In this document: piece by piece, positions 20,071 to 30,444 of the stretch
Numbering within the stretch: the first letter of the stretch is position 1
Layout: every line of letters starts with the position of its first letter
NCBI GenBank assembly: GCA_965223845.1
Contig: CBDCXR010000004.1
Span: forward strand, 256,001 to 320,000
Length of the DNA: 64,000 nucleotides
Direction: 5' to 3'
Source of the DNA: Planctomycetota bacterium
Lineage (GTDB): Bacteria; Planctomycetota; UBA8108; SXIK01
The notes under the pieces: generated by a model
What the model saw: only the letters and a program-made list of their open reading frames with translations
What the model was told of the DNA's origin: nothing
Databases searched by the model: none
Translations under genes and position numbers: made by a program

Positions 20071-20937
20071 TCACCGGAGACGGAACTCGACCGGAAGCGT
20101 TACCGTACTCGCGGTCATCGTTTCGCCGACCCGACCCGGACGGAATCTCGCCGCCCGCACCGCGTCGAGGGCGGACTGATCGAGGCGGCGACAGCCCGCC
20201 GACGATACGATCCGCACGGCGCGCACCCGACCCGCCGCGTCGACCTCGCAGCGCAGTAGAGCGGTGCCGGCGTGCCCGCGGCGTCGGCACGATCGCGGAT
20301 AGCGCGGACTCAGCTCGCTCGCGAGTCGCGCGCTCGTCTTCGCGCTCGGTCGAGTCGGCGCGAGAGGCGGGGCGTCGCTCGGAGCGGAGACGACGGTCTC
20401 GGCGAGCTCGGGCGGTTCCGTTCGCGCGAGCGCCGCGGACGCGGCCCGATCGCGTGTCACCAAGCTTGCCGCTTCGTCGTTCTCGGTGGTTCGCCGCGAT
20501 ACGTCTCGCTCCGGCGCCACGGGCGGTCGCGGCGGCGGCTCGGCCGCCTGAACGGGAGCGTGAATCTTCCGCGGCGCTTCCAAGGGGCCCAAGTCCCGGA
20601 TGATGTCCTCGAGAAGGACGAACGAAGGAGGGTTCACGGGCTCGGCGAGACGCGGAGCGACGATCGCGGGCGTAGTCTCCGCCGGATCCGCGATTCGGGG
20701 GGGATCGGGCTCGCGGGGTGCTTCCTCGTTCGTCTCGACTCCCGACCCGTCCGCCGCTCGACCTTTCGACCGTACGACTACACGAACGGCAAGCTCTCCC
20801 GCTTCCCCGGCGCGAAACGCCGGGACGCTCGGCGAAGGCTCCGAGGCGCGCACGACCCAGAGCGACGCGAGAAGCGCGACGTGGAACACGGTCGATGCCG
20901 CGGTGCTGACGAGAAAGAGTCTCGGACTCGTCTTCAA
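20071..20937 (-). CDS. TonB family energy transducer
   Basis: N-terminal TM with SxxxH, Pro-rich linker, C-terminal PRYPRS..RRRGHAG...LDQSALDAVRAARFRPG...VTLPVEFRL. Confidence 0.88.
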   Translation of the reverse strand: MKTSPRLFLVSTAASTVFHVALLASLWVVRASEPSPSVPAFRAGEAGELAVRVVVRSKGRAADGSGVETNEEAPREPDPPRIADPAETTPAIVAPRLAEPVNPPSFVLLEDIIRDLGPLEAPRKIHAPVQAAEPPPRPPVAPERDVSRRTTENDEAASLVTRDRAASAALARTEPPELAETVVSAPSDAPPLAPTRPSAKTSARLASELSPRYPRSCRRRGHAGTALLRCEVDAAGRVRAVRIVSSAGCRRLDQSALDAVRAARFRPGRVGETMTASTVTLPVEFRLR

Positions 20938-21164
20938 GTGAGCGTCCTTGTGTGTGGTCGACAGGTTGGTGCCGTTAGGTCACTCGAACCCGGTCCCGAT
21001 CTACCGTACTAGCGACGGCGCGGAAATCGCACTCGCAAGCTCTGTTCCTCACACCTCGAGCAATTCCGCCTCACCCTCTCTACTTCGTCTTCCTTCGAGC
21101 CCGTCGCGCCCTTCGTGTGAAACTCTTTCGCGAGAAGATGCGAGACGAGTTCCTTGACGCCGAG

Positions 21165-23426
21165 TTACAGAGTCAAATCCACACCGAGAACGACGTTCGT
21201 GCCCGGTTCGTTTTGCCCCGATCCGTGAATGCGGTAGTCGACGTCGGTGATGTTTTCGATCGCGCAGAAGACCGTGATGCCCTCGCGGACCTCCGCTCCC
21301 CCGCGGAGAGAATAGACGGTATAGCCGGGCGTTCCGCGCGGCGGAATCCGCTGTGTATCCGCCTTGTCGCGCGCGGAGAGCCGATCCTGATCGTCTGCCA
21401 TCGTGGCCGACGCTTCGACCCAGTATTTCTTTTCGGGCGAGTCCCACCGAACGCCGAGGATCGCGGTCGCCGGCTGCAAGCGAGAGAGTGGTTCGTCCTT
21501 CTTGGTGCCGCCGACGAAGTTCTCCGCTTCTCCCTCGATCCACGCGAAGTTGCCGAAGGCGGTGAAGCCTTCGTAGAAGTTCCAGGCCAGGCCCAGCTCG
21601 ACACCGTGGACGAACCCGTCGCCTACGTTGTCCTTCGTGACTTCGGGATCGCCGTCGATCGTGTTGCCGGTAGGGAACCGTACGATCATACCGTCGATGA
21701 TCGTGTAGTGATACGAGGCGTAGGCGTGGAGTCCGAGATCCTCGAAGAGGACCTTCGAGCCCACCTCAAATGACACGAACTCTTCTTCGTCGAGGTCGGG
21801 AGCCGGCGTTTCGACCTCGCCGCTGCGGGAGACATCGAAACGCGTGAGATCGGAGAGATTGGGGGCGCGGAACCCCTGCGAGACTCCTCCGAACAGATTC
21901 CACTCCTCCACTACTTCGTAGAGCACTCGCGCGCTCCCGACGACGCCGAAGAAGTCTTCGCTGAGGGATCCGAAGTTCGGAGCGGTCAACGGGTCTGGAT
22001 CGACATCGTCCGCCTCCGCGTGAGCGTACGTGACCCGCCCGCCGAGGATCACTTCGAGACGGTCGACGGGCTGGAAACGGTCTTGGAGGTAAAACCCCAG
22101 AAGATCGTACGACGCATCGTCGGCGACCGGGCCGCGCGGTCGCACCGTCCGGAGCGAGCCATCGTCGTTGTATTCGCGAAAGTGGGATTCGACTTCGTCG
22201 TGGTAGTACTCGATCCCGTAGGAGAGGGTGCCGATCGGAGAGGGGCTCTCGAGCCGGAGCCACGTGCCGAACTGACCGTCGTCGACGCCCTGCCGCCGTT
22301 CGCGCAGGTTGCTGCGAATTCGCTGCTCCTCCTCTTCGTGGAGATGGTAGGAGACGCTGAAGCTGAGCTGAGACAGCCACGAGTCTTGCTCGGGGGTCCA
22401 GTGGATCTGGCCGTATCCGAGCTGTCGGCGCTGATCCAAATCCCGTTTGAGATCCGTGCCGACGGTGGTCCCGCGAAAGCTCTTCGAGAACACGGTCGAG
22501 TGCGTCCGGGGAACGTTCTCTTGGTGGACCGACTGGAACGCGAGCACGAGGTCGAGCTCCGGACTCAAGCGAAAGATCCCTTTGACGTCGCCGTCGAGTT
22601 CGTCGTACTCCGTGTTCGGCAGCTCGCCCGTATCGCGGCCGCCGGAGAGCTCACCGAAGTCCTTGTAGGAAAGACCGCCGAGCACGCCGGCGCGCGGCGC
22701 AAACTCGCCCGACAGCTCGGCGCGGGCGACGTGCGAGTCTTCCGCGCTCGCAAACCGGTAGTAGGTCCGCGCACTCCAATCGAATCGATTCGAACCGTGA
22801 TCGGAAAGGAGCCGAGGAGAGCGGCCGCGGGTGAGGAGATTGACGGTTCCGCCGACCGCGTCACTCCCGTAGAGGACGGAGCTCGGTCCCTTGACGACCT
22901 CGACGCGCTCGATCGAGAGCGGGTCGACCGTGTTCCAGTACTGATTGGGTCCCTCGCGGAACACCGCGTTGTTGAGCCGGATGCCATCGATGAGAAGGAG
23001 CGTTCGGAAACCGGTGAATCCGCGTATGAACGGGGATCCCTGGCCGTAGCCGGTCTTCTGCACCATGACCCCGGGCACCTCTCGCAGCGCTTCGGGAAGA
23101 GTGCGGAACGCCTTCCTGGTCGTCAGGGAGTCGGCCGAGAGCGATTCCGTCACGTACGGAACGTAGAACTGTTCTTCCTCGATGCGCGTCGCGGTGACGA
23201 CGATGGCGTCGAGGAAGCCGTCGGGCACGGCGTCCGGGACCGGTTCGGAGGTCGACTCGGCGCTCTCGCCGCCCCCGCCGGCCGAGTCTATTCGTTCGCC
23301 CGGCGTTTGCGCCTCGAGCGGGGAGGACTCCACGTCTCCGGCGACGGCGGTTGAGGCCAACATCAGCCAGGCGGCGCTGAGCGCGCTCACCCGACGACGA
23401 ACGATTCCCGACGGTCTACGCGGCAT
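21165..23426 (-). CDS. TonB-dependent receptor
   Basis: DAIVVTATR TonB box, plug (ALREVPGV, IRGF, IERVEVVKGPSSVLYGSDAVGG), GFRAPNLSDL and ENITDVDY motifs. Start 23426 has an RBS; the ORF is open from 23489. Confidence 0.93.
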   Translation of the reverse strand: MPRRPSGIVRRRVSALSAAWLMLASTAVAGDVESSPLEAQTPGERIDSAGGGGESAESTSEPVPDAVPDGFLDAIVVTATRIEEEQFYVPYVTESLSADSLTTRKAFRTLPEALREVPGVMVQKTGYGQGSPFIRGFTGFRTLLLIDGIRLNNAVFREGPNQYWNTVDPLSIERVEVVKGPSSVLYGSDAVGGTVNLLTRGRSPRLLSDHGSNRFDWSARTYYRFASAEDSHVARAELSGEFAPRAGVLGGLSYKDFGELSGGRDTGELPNTEYDELDGDVKGIFRLSPELDLVLAFQSVHQENVPRTHSTVFSKSFRGTTVGTDLKRDLDQRRQLGYGQIHWTPEQDSWLSQLSFSVSYHLHEEEEQRIRSNLRERRQGVDDGQFGTWLRLESPSPIGTLSYGIEYYHDEVESHFREYNDDGSLRTVRPRGPVADDASYDLLGFYLQDRFQPVDRLEVILGGRVTYAHAEADDVDPDPLTAPNFGSLSEDFFGVVGSARVLYEVVEEWNLFGGVSQGFRAPNLSDLTRFDVSRSGEVETPAPDLDEEEFVSFEVGSKVLFEDLGLHAYASYHYTIIDGMIVRFPTGNTIDGDPEVTKDNVGDGFVHGVELGLAWNFYEGFTAFGNFAWIEGEAENFVGGTKKDEPLSRLQPATAILGVRWDSPEKKYWVEASATMADDQDRLSARDKADTQRIPPRGTPGYTVYSLRGGAEVREGITVFCAIENITDVDYRIHGSGQNEPGTNVVLGVDLTL

Positions 23427-23686
23427 CCCGATCTCTCCTACGGAAGTTCGCCCCGTAGGAAAACGGGCGATGGACCGTGCGCGGTTCATTTGGATTCAAA
23501 GAATTCCGGGAGAGACCCCACGATCGACCCCGCATCTCTCACGCGAGAATCGATGACGACACCGGTGAGGATGCGGCGCTTCGCCGCGTCGCTCACCGAG
23601 TCTCCCGAGAGCTTCCGATCGAGCGAGGTGTCAGGTCGCCGCAGTCGCTGGGCCGAGAGCCCCTCGACCCAGCGCAGCGCGACGCG

Positions 23687-23953
23687 TCAGACGAGCGGCC
23701 GGACGAAGACCCACTCGACGATGAACACCACCAGGCAGAGGATTCCGATGCCGACCACGATCTGGATGAAGAAGTGGCGGGTCTCCTGCCAGATATGGCG
23801 CGGCTCGTCGATGCGAATCGCAGCGGTCGCGCTCGCGACGACGAGGCTGACGAGGAAGAAGTGGACGAGGTAGGTGCCGAGAGCGCCGACCGTGGAAACG
23901 ACGGGCTCCGCCTGGGCGGCGAGCGCGAAGTTCGCGAGCATCGTCGACATCAT
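23687..23953 (-). CDS. Small two-TM membrane protein
   Basis: Two hydrophobic helices; ATGA overlap with the upstream gene. Confidence 0.7.
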   Translation of the reverse strand: MMSTMLANFALAAQAEPVVSTVGALGTYLVHFFLVSLVVASATAAIRIDEPRHIWQETRHFFIQIVVGIGILCLVVFIVEWVFVRPLV

Positions 23954-24426
23954 CCCCCCTCCTCCGGCGGCTTGTCGTCCCGGCTTCGACTCTCCTCCGC
24001 GCTCCGTGCCGCTGCGGCCCATGTCTTCGGGTCGAGCACGTGGAGAACCGCGAGCATGTTGAGGAGCCCGCTCACGGTGACGAAGAGAACTCCGAGATGA
24101 AAATGCGCGGGGAGCTTGCGGTAGGGAATCCGCGAATCCATGTCGGTGTGCGGCTCCCCCCAGAGGTTGTCGGCGAGGAGCGTGCTCAGCCCGTTGCCGA
24201 GCTGGCAAGAATAGAGAATCGGACTCACTTCGCGCGAGACCGCCATATTGCTCCCGAGCGCGCTCTCTCCGAACCAAAAGAGTCCGAGGAGACCGGCGCC
24301 GATGATCACGCCCCGGAGCCGGAACCCGAGCATCCAGTGCCCCGATCCCGGGAGCAACCAGCTACAGATCGCGGTGAGGAGGTAGTCGAGATGCGTGCGC
24401 TCGGATGCGGGAGGCGAGGTCGGCAT
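23950..24426 (-). CDS. Membrane protein (DUF6677-like)
   Basis: SWLLPGSGHW...RG N-terminal motif and GVLFVTVSGLLNMLAVL..D C-terminal motif. Confidence 0.75.
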   Translation of the reverse strand: MPTSPPASERTHLDYLLTAICSWLLPGSGHWMLGFRLRGVIIGAGLLGLFWFGESALGSNMAVSREVSPILYSCQLGNGLSTLLADNLWGEPHTDMDSRIPYRKLPAHFHLGVLFVTVSGLLNMLAVLHVLDPKTWAAAARSAEESRSRDDKPPEEGG

Positions 24427-24468
24427 GTCAGTACGTGGGTGGTGCGGATGCGCGGCGAGGCGCCCGTT

Positions 24469-25245
24469 CTACATCGTGAACTTTTCGCCGAGGTAGTACT
24501 TCCGGGCATTTTCGTTCGACAGAATCTGCTCGCGGTCGCCGCAGGCGATGATGCGGCCGTCGAGAATGATGAACGACCGGTCGGTCGTGTTGAGCGTCTC
24601 GCGCACGTTGTGATCCGTGACGAGAATTCCGATTCCGCGATCGCGGAGACGGAAGATGATCTCTTGAATGTCGCTGACGGCGATCGGATCGACGCCGCTG
24701 AACGGCTCATCGAGGAGGATGAGCTTCGGATCCGTGATGAGCGCGCGTGCGATCTCGAGTCGGCGCTTTTCTCCGCCGGAGAGGACCGCGGCGCGCGAGT
24801 GGAGGAGCTTCCCGAGACCGAACTCCTCGACGAGCTCGTCGCGCTTCCTGATGCGCTCGGCGTACCCGAGCGATGTCGTCTCGAGGATCGCATTCAGGTT
24901 CTGCGCGACGGTGAGCCCGCGAAACACGCTCGGTTCCTGCGACAGATAGCCCATTCCGAGGCGCGCCCGCTTGTACATCGGGAGCTTGGTGACGGGCTCG
25001 CCCTTGAATCGGATCGAGCCCTCGTCCGGCGCGATCAGGCCGATCGTCATCCGAAAGGTCGTCGTCTTCCCGGCTCCGTTTTTCCCGAGAAGGCCGATGA
25101 TCTCGCTGCTCCCGACGGTGAAGCTCACTTCGTCGACGACGCGGCGGCCGCGGTACTCTTTGACGAGTCCCTCGACCTCGAGCAGCGTCTCGCGGACGCG
25201 CGGGTCACGCGCGGCCGGCTCGCGGGGTGTCTTCAGCTTGACCAT
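24469..25245 (-). CDS. lptB: LPS export ABC transporter ATP-binding protein
   Basis: GLLGKNGAGKTTTF, LPMYKRARLGMGYLSQEPSVFR, LSGGEKRRLEIAR, DEPFSGVDPIAV, TDHNVRETL and YLGEKF motifs. Confidence 0.95.
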   Translation of the reverse strand: MVKLKTPREPAARDPRVRETLLEVEGLVKEYRGRRVVDEVSFTVGSSEIIGLLGKNGAGKTTTFRMTIGLIAPDEGSIRFKGEPVTKLPMYKRARLGMGYLSQEPSVFRGLTVAQNLNAILETTSLGYAERIRKRDELVEEFGLGKLLHSRAAVLSGGEKRRLEIARALITDPKLILLDEPFSGVDPIAVSDIQEIIFRLRDRGIGILVTDHNVRETLNTTDRSFIILDGRIIACGDREQILSNENARKYYLGEKFTM

Positions 25246-25365
25246 CGTCTCGGTGTCCTCCTCACTTCTCGGAACCGGTGCCCCCACTCGGCCGCCGATC
25301 TTACCGGTTTCCCGGGGATTTCTCACGTGCTTGAGTTCGCGCAGAGTCTTTCCGAGCGCGCGCAC

Positions 25366-27186
25366 CTAGCGGATGAACTTCGCCTCCCAGATCGGCCAGA
25401 AGACGAGCAGCGCTTTTCCCATCAGCGCCCCGCCTTCGACGTGCCCCCATACTCGTCCGTCGGACGAGGAGGGGCCGTTGTCTCCCATCGCGAGATACTG
25501 ATCGTCACCGAGCTGATAGGACGACTTCGACCAGCTGCTCCCTTCGTCATCCCACCGCCCGAGGTAGTACATGTCGCGATAAACGCGTATGTCCGTGAGC
25601 TCGACCTGCTCGTTCGCCACGACGAGGTGGAGGGTGTGTGCCTCGGGGCCGGCGTACGCAGGCGGGTTCGGCGGGGCCTCGTAGCGAACCCGACTGAGAT
25701 CCGTGCCCTCCGGGACGCTCGTGTACTCGAGCTCGAGGACGAGCTCGCCCTCGACGAACACCGCCGCGCGGTCGTCGAGGTTCTCGAACGCGATGGCGGT
25801 CGCGACGTTCGGCGCGAGTGCGATGCTGGCCTCCGCGCGATCCGCCGGCTCGAAAGCGGCGCGCAAGGGATCCGCATTCTGCGCGCCGTTCGTAATGCGG
25901 TGGAGAATCGCGGGCCGCTCCGGGCTCGCCTCGCCGACGGGGAGCCGAAACTGGTACGTGAACTCGCCGTCGCGAATCTCCCCGCCGACCCAACGATCCC
26001 CACCGCTCCGAGCCGCCGCTCCGCTTCGAAGCGGTCGAGCTACGAACTCCACCCGGCGGTCGCCGACGATCGCGGCCGCCGGTGACCCGAACCTCCCCTT
26101 CCCGGTCACCGCGAGGAGGTTGTAGTTGTAGTAGTTGTCGATGGGACGCTGATACGCGAGGATCGCGACTTCATCCGCCGCGTTGACACTCCAGCGGAGC
26201 TGATCTGCATCCCACTCGGCGAGCTTCGACGGCGCGTTCGGACGTCCTGCCGTCACCGGTGCGACCTCCGCCCACGCGGACGGTACTTCCGCGATCGGAC
26301 GCTCCTTGATCGAGGAGTCGGAGATCTTCCGCCACAGGCTCTCCTGGACGCGAGGGTGCCGGTACTTTCGCTCGATCTTGCCGTCGACGTAGATGTCGCC
26401 GTCCCACACGTCGATCCGTTCCCCCGGCTTGCCGATGAGCCGTTTGATGTAGTTCTTCCACTGGTCGAACTGAAACACGATGACGTCCCAGCGTTCCGGG
26501 GAGCCGATCGCGTAGGCGAACTTCGTAACGAGGATCTTGTGTCCGCCGTGGACGTTCGTCGATTCGAGGACGTCCTCGTAGACGAGCGTGCAGTTCGGGC
26601 AGCGCGCCGCGTACGGCCGGGCCGTCACCTCGGTGAAGCCCTTGCTATTGCGCGGTCGAAATTGGAACGCGCAGGCGGTGCACGCGACGTCACCGCCGCG
26701 GCGCAGGCGTCCGCTCGCTCCTCGCGCGTGAAGGTCCATGCCGCACCCGACCGGGTTCTCACACGGTCCCTTGTAGAGGAGCATCCGGCGGTAGGAGACG
26801 TTGACCTCGCCCGTACGCGAGTCCGTGCCGATCGCGATCGCGAAGTCGACGTCGCAGCGCGGACAGTCCCGCCAGGCGTGGATTCCGAACAGGGTGGGGG
26901 CCATCGAGCCCGTCGGGATCTCGAAGGCTTCGATCGCGAAGTGACGGATGACGACGGCGAGCACGATCGCGACGACGAGCGCCTCGATGTTCTCCCGGAT
27001 CTTGTCGAACGACGTCGGCGGGGGGCCCGGGGGCGGGCCGGCTTCCGCTCCGTCGGGCGCGCTCGCTCGAGTCTCGGATTCGCTCCGCCCGGTCTCCTCC
27101 GGCTCGGACTCGTTCGAGGCGGATTCGGTGGGGGGCGTCTGGCTTCGAGAGCGGCGACTCCGCCTCTTTCGGTTTCGATTGGCCAT
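25366..27186 (-). CDS. lepB: Signal peptidase I with zinc-finger-like and beta-domain insertions
   Basis: EAFEIPTGSMAPTL (catalytic Ser), NYIKRLIGKPGE (catalytic Lys) and MGDNGPSSSDGRVWG motifs. Confidence 0.92.
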   Translation of the reverse strand: MANRNRKRRSRRSRSQTPPTESASNESEPEETGRSESETRASAPDGAEAGPPPGPPPTSFDKIRENIEALVVAIVLAVVIRHFAIEAFEIPTGSMAPTLFGIHAWRDCPRCDVDFAIAIGTDSRTGEVNVSYRRMLLYKGPCENPVGCGMDLHARGASGRLRRGGDVACTACAFQFRPRNSKGFTEVTARPYAARCPNCTLVYEDVLESTNVHGGHKILVTKFAYAIGSPERWDVIVFQFDQWKNYIKRLIGKPGERIDVWDGDIYVDGKIERKYRHPRVQESLWRKISDSSIKERPIAEVPSAWAEVAPVTAGRPNAPSKLAEWDADQLRWSVNAADEVAILAYQRPIDNYYNYNLLAVTGKGRFGSPAAAIVGDRRVEFVARPLRSGAAARSGGDRWVGGEIRDGEFTYQFRLPVGEASPERPAILHRITNGAQNADPLRAAFEPADRAEASIALAPNVATAIAFENLDDRAAVFVEGELVLELEYTSVPEGTDLSRVRYEAPPNPPAYAGPEAHTLHLVVANEQVELTDIRVYRDMYYLGRWDDEGSSWSKSSYQLGDDQYLAMGDNGPSSSDGRVWGHVEGGALMGKALLVFWPIWEAKFIR

Positions 27187-27358
27187 GGGGGTATCGGCGG
27201 GTGAGGAGTGACCGGCGCGTCCGAGGAAGGCCGCGAGAAGCCATAGAAGTACAACAATCCACGCGCGATTTCTGCACGAAAGGACCGCCCGTCTCCCCTG
27301 AGTCGCACGTCGGTCCGTAGGATTCCGCGCAAACCGAGCGCGACGGCGCCCCCGAGCT

Positions 27359-28066
27359 CTACGCGATCTCGCGGATGCGACCGGGCAGCTCGGCGAGCGC
27401 GCGCCCGCGGTGGCTCACGCGGTTTTTCTCGGCCGGTGAGAGTTCCGCGAAGGTCGTTCCCGCTGGCGGATAGAAAAAGAGCGGATCGTAGCCGAAGCCG
27501 GCGTCACCGGAAGCGCGCTCGACGATCGCGCCGGGGCATCGCCCCTCGGTGACGATGAGCGGAGGCGCCGACGACGCATCCGACCCCGGGCGAACGACCA
27601 CCATGACGCAGTGGAACGCGGCGGAGCGATCCGGGGTCGGGACGCCCTCGAGCGCCGCGAGAAGCTTCGCGTTGTTGGCCGAGTCCGTCGCGTCCTCTCC
27701 CGCGTAGCGGCTCGAGTGAACGCCGGGCGCACCGCCGAGCGCGTCGACGCAGAGCCCGGAGTCGTCCGCGAGAACGAAATCCGGTCTCTCGTCCGCGGCG
27801 AGCGTCGCCACAGCCTCCGCGTACGCTCGCGCCTTGATCGTCGCATTCGCGAGAAACGTCTCGCCGTCTTCGACGGGTGGAGGAGGAATCTCGTGCCCCG
27901 CGGCTGCGAAGATCTCCGTTCCGACGACCGTCACGCCCTCGCCTTCGAGCACGGCCGAGATCTCGTCGAGCTTGTGTCGATTGCCCGTCGCGACGAGAAG
28001 ACGAACGCCGCGGCCGAGGACTTGTGCACGAGGATCGGTCATGGAGTTGGCGTCGAGGTCGCTCAT
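27359..28066 (-). CDS. rdgB: Non-canonical purine NTP pyrophosphatase (RdgB/HAM1)
   Basis: LVATGNRHK, EDGETFLANATIKA, ADDSGLCVDALGGAPGVHSSRYAG, GFGYDPLF and KNRVSHRGRA motifs. Only the C-terminal part of the 966-aa ORF is real. Confidence 0.93.
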   Translation of the reverse strand: MSDLDANSMTDPRAQVLGRGVRLLVATGNRHKLDEISAVLEGEGVTVVGTEIFAAAGHEIPPPPVEDGETFLANATIKARAYAEAVATLAADERPDFVLADDSGLCVDALGGAPGVHSSRYAGEDATDSANNAKLLAALEGVPTPDRSAAFHCVMVVVRPGSDASSAPPLIVTEGRCPGAIVERASGDAGFGYDPLFFYPPAGTTFAELSPAEKNRVSHRGRALAELPGRIREIA

Positions 28067-28222
28067 CGAGTGGCGTGGACTACGCCGCAGCGACCGTCGC
28101 GAGGGGGGCTCGGTCGTGCGGGGATCGAGTCGGGACCGTAGAATATGGTGAACTCGGAATCGCTGGTGGAAGCTGCTTTCGCTCGAAGCGTACGGTGTTC
28201 GCCCACTCGACTCAAGAGACCG

Positions 28223-29407
28223 ATGCTTTCCGCGCCTCCTCCTTCGTTTCGCCTCACCGCCGCACCGCCCGCGTTTCTCCGCGCGGGTGCATGCGTGCTC
28301 ACGGCGATCGCGATCGGCAGTCTCGCCCCTTCCGTTCTCGGCGACGAGCTCCGACTGAAGAATGGGAAGGTCTTCGAAGGCGAGCTCATTCCGGTCGACG
28401 AAGACGGGCGCATCGGAATCCGCCTCGGGAATGGCGCTGTCGTCAGGTTCCCCGAGTCCGAGGTGGCCTCGACGGTCACGAAGGAAAGCCCGATCGCGCG
28501 GTTCGACCGGCAGTTCGCGCGACTCGTGTCCGTCCGCTCCGGCGACGAAGCACTCGAGCCCCTCGTACGTCTTCTCGTCTGGGCCCGGGAAAAGAAACTG
28601 CGCGGGCGAGCCGAGAAGGCGGCCGAACGGATCCTTGCCATCGACTCGAACCACGAGCTCGCGCGCTGGACCCTCGGTTACGTCGTCTTTCAAAATCGGT
28701 GGGTGAAGAAGAAAGATCTCCGCCGGCGAAAGGATCTCGTTGAGGTCGACGGCGAATGGATGACGCGGGCGGAAAAAGCGAGACGGGAGCGGGAGGAGCG
28801 CGCGCGGGAGGTGCGGTCGGTGCTCGCCCTCCTCGAGTCGCCGAACGGCATCCTGCGCCAATACGCGATCGAGGAGCTCGCGGGTCGGACGCGGAAGCGC
28901 GATGCCGTCGCCATCGCGACGCTCGGTGAGCGCGTCCGCGACCGAAATGCCGTGCTGCGGGCGGTCGTTCTCGCGCAGCTCGCTGAGGTGCCGGTCAAGA
29001 CCGCGCGCGACATCGAGCGGTTCGACGCGAGGCGAATCGCGCTCGAGCTTCACCGGCTCGGTCTCGTGGAAACCGACCCGACCGTCCGGCCGCTCCTCCG
29101 TCGAGCGGTGACGCGCTTCTTTCCGGAGGAGAGCTTTCGGCTCGCGATCGACGAGAGCGCTGTCGCGCCGCCCGCCGGAGGGCGAGCTGCGACCGAGACG
29201 CGCGAGCGCCGGATCGCGGAGCTTCTCGAGCTTTCCGTGCAGAAGGCGTGGGTGCCGAAGCTCTGCCGCGCGGTTTCTGACGGCGGAGAGCGACCCGCGG
29301 TGCGCCGGGCGCTCGTCCGTATCTTCGGTGAGGATTTCGGGTACGATGCGTCGAAGTGGCTCGCGCACTGGAGGGCGCGAGCGAGCGAGTTTCGCGACGT
29401 GAAGTAG
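28223..29407 (+). CDS. Secreted alpha-helical/HEAT-repeat hypothetical protein
   Basis: Signal-like segment, DELRLKNGKVFEG N-domain, planctomycete-type AR..LGYV...WV motif and HEAT-like C-terminus. Confidence 0.7.
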   Translation: MLSAPPPSFRLTAAPPAFLRAGACVLTAIAIGSLAPSVLGDELRLKNGKVFEGELIPVDEDGRIGIRLGNGAVVRFPESEVASTVTKESPIARFDRQFARLVSVRSGDEALEPLVRLLVWAREKKLRGRAEKAAERILAIDSNHELARWTLGYVVFQNRWVKKKDLRRRKDLVEVDGEWMTRAEKARREREERAREVRSVLALLESPNGILRQYAIEELAGRTRKRDAVAIATLGERVRDRNAVLRAVVLAQLAEVPVKTARDIERFDARRIALELHRLGLVETDPTVRPLLRRAVTRFFPEESFRLAIDESAVAPPAGGRAATETRERRIAELLELSVQKAWVPKLCRAVSDGGERPAVRRALVRIFGEDFGYDASKWLAHWRARASEFRDVK

Positions 29408-29491
29408 TCGCGTCGAGACATTCCTTCCCGCGCGTTTGCGCGGTGGGCGGACTCGCGCATCACCTGTCGCACGCACCGCCCACCGGAATCC

Positions 29492-30223
29492 ATGCCCCGT
29501 TCCCACCCCGCCGACGAGCCCCGTCCGATCGAGATCGTCCCGCGTTTTTTGCGTCGTCATTCGGCGAGCGTGCTGTACGCCTCCGGCGAGACGCGCGTTC
29601 TCTGCGCGGCGAGCTTGTCGCCGAAAGTTCCGCCGTTTCTCGAGGGGACCGACCGCGGCTGGGCGACCGCCGAGTACTCGCTCCTCCCGGCCTCGACGCA
29701 GCCTCGGGCCGCGCGCGAGCGGTCCGGCAAGCTTTCCGGTCGCACTCAAGAGATCCAGCGGCTCATCGGCCGTTCCCTTCGCGGCGTGCTCGACCTTACG
29801 GCGATCCCCGGGAGGACGCTTCAGATCGACTGCGACGTGATCGAGGCGGACGGCGGAACGCGCACCGCATCGATCAACGGCGCCTACGTCGCGGCCGTCA
29901 TCGCGGTCGAGGACGCGATCCGCGACGGGGTGATCGAGCGGAGTCCACTCGAGCGTGCCGTCGGAGCGATGAGTGCGGGGATGGTGGGAGGAGAGCCCGT
30001 CCTCGATCTCAACTACGACGAGGATTCGACCGCCGATGTCGATCTCAACCTCGTGCTCGTCGAAGGCGGCGACATCATCGAGATTCAGGGAACCTCCGAG
30101 CGTGCGCCGCTCTCGCGGTCGGGACTCGCCGATCTCGTCGCGCTCGCGACGGTGGGTATCGAGCGAGTGTTCGCCGAGCAGCGCGCGGCGATCGCGGCGG
30201 CTGCGGGCGCGCCGCCGAGGTGA
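29492..30223 (+). CDS. rph: Ribonuclease PH
   Basis: GWATAEYSLLPAST, SGRTQEIQRLIGRSLR, DCDVIEADGGTRTASING, LDLNYDEDS and IEIQGTSE motifs. Confidence 0.96.
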   Translation: MPRSHPADEPRPIEIVPRFLRRHSASVLYASGETRVLCAASLSPKVPPFLEGTDRGWATAEYSLLPASTQPRAARERSGKLSGRTQEIQRLIGRSLRGVLDLTAIPGRTLQIDCDVIEADGGTRTASINGAYVAAVIAVEDAIRDGVIERSPLERAVGAMSAGMVGGEPVLDLNYDEDSTADVDLNLVLVEGGDIIEIQGTSERAPLSRSGLADLVALATVGIERVFAEQRAAIAAAAGAPPR

Positions 30224-30444
30224 GCCTCCGATCGGCCGCGAGCCGATGCGGCTGCGCATCGTCCGGAGAGCGGTGGAGGAGTCCGTCGCGTCGCAGTAGA
30301 AACGAGCGAGAGCTCCGGGATAGAATCACGCCGCCAATCGCGGCACCGGAGACCCTCGCGCGCGCGTCGATACGCGCGCCGAGCCGCCATCGCGACGACG
30401 GATGCGGCGGAGGAACGCTCGGGAGAGACGCTTAGGAGATCGAA

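Noticed and set aside
23490-23686. Cobalamin riboswitch upstream of the TonB-dependent receptor
   Set aside because: No recognisable B12-box or GGGAA/GCCACTG core on the minus strand.
27359-30259. 966-aa RdgB fusion
   Set aside because: The upstream ~730 aa is the antisense shadow of rph and the 28223 gene; RdgB homology starts near 28066.
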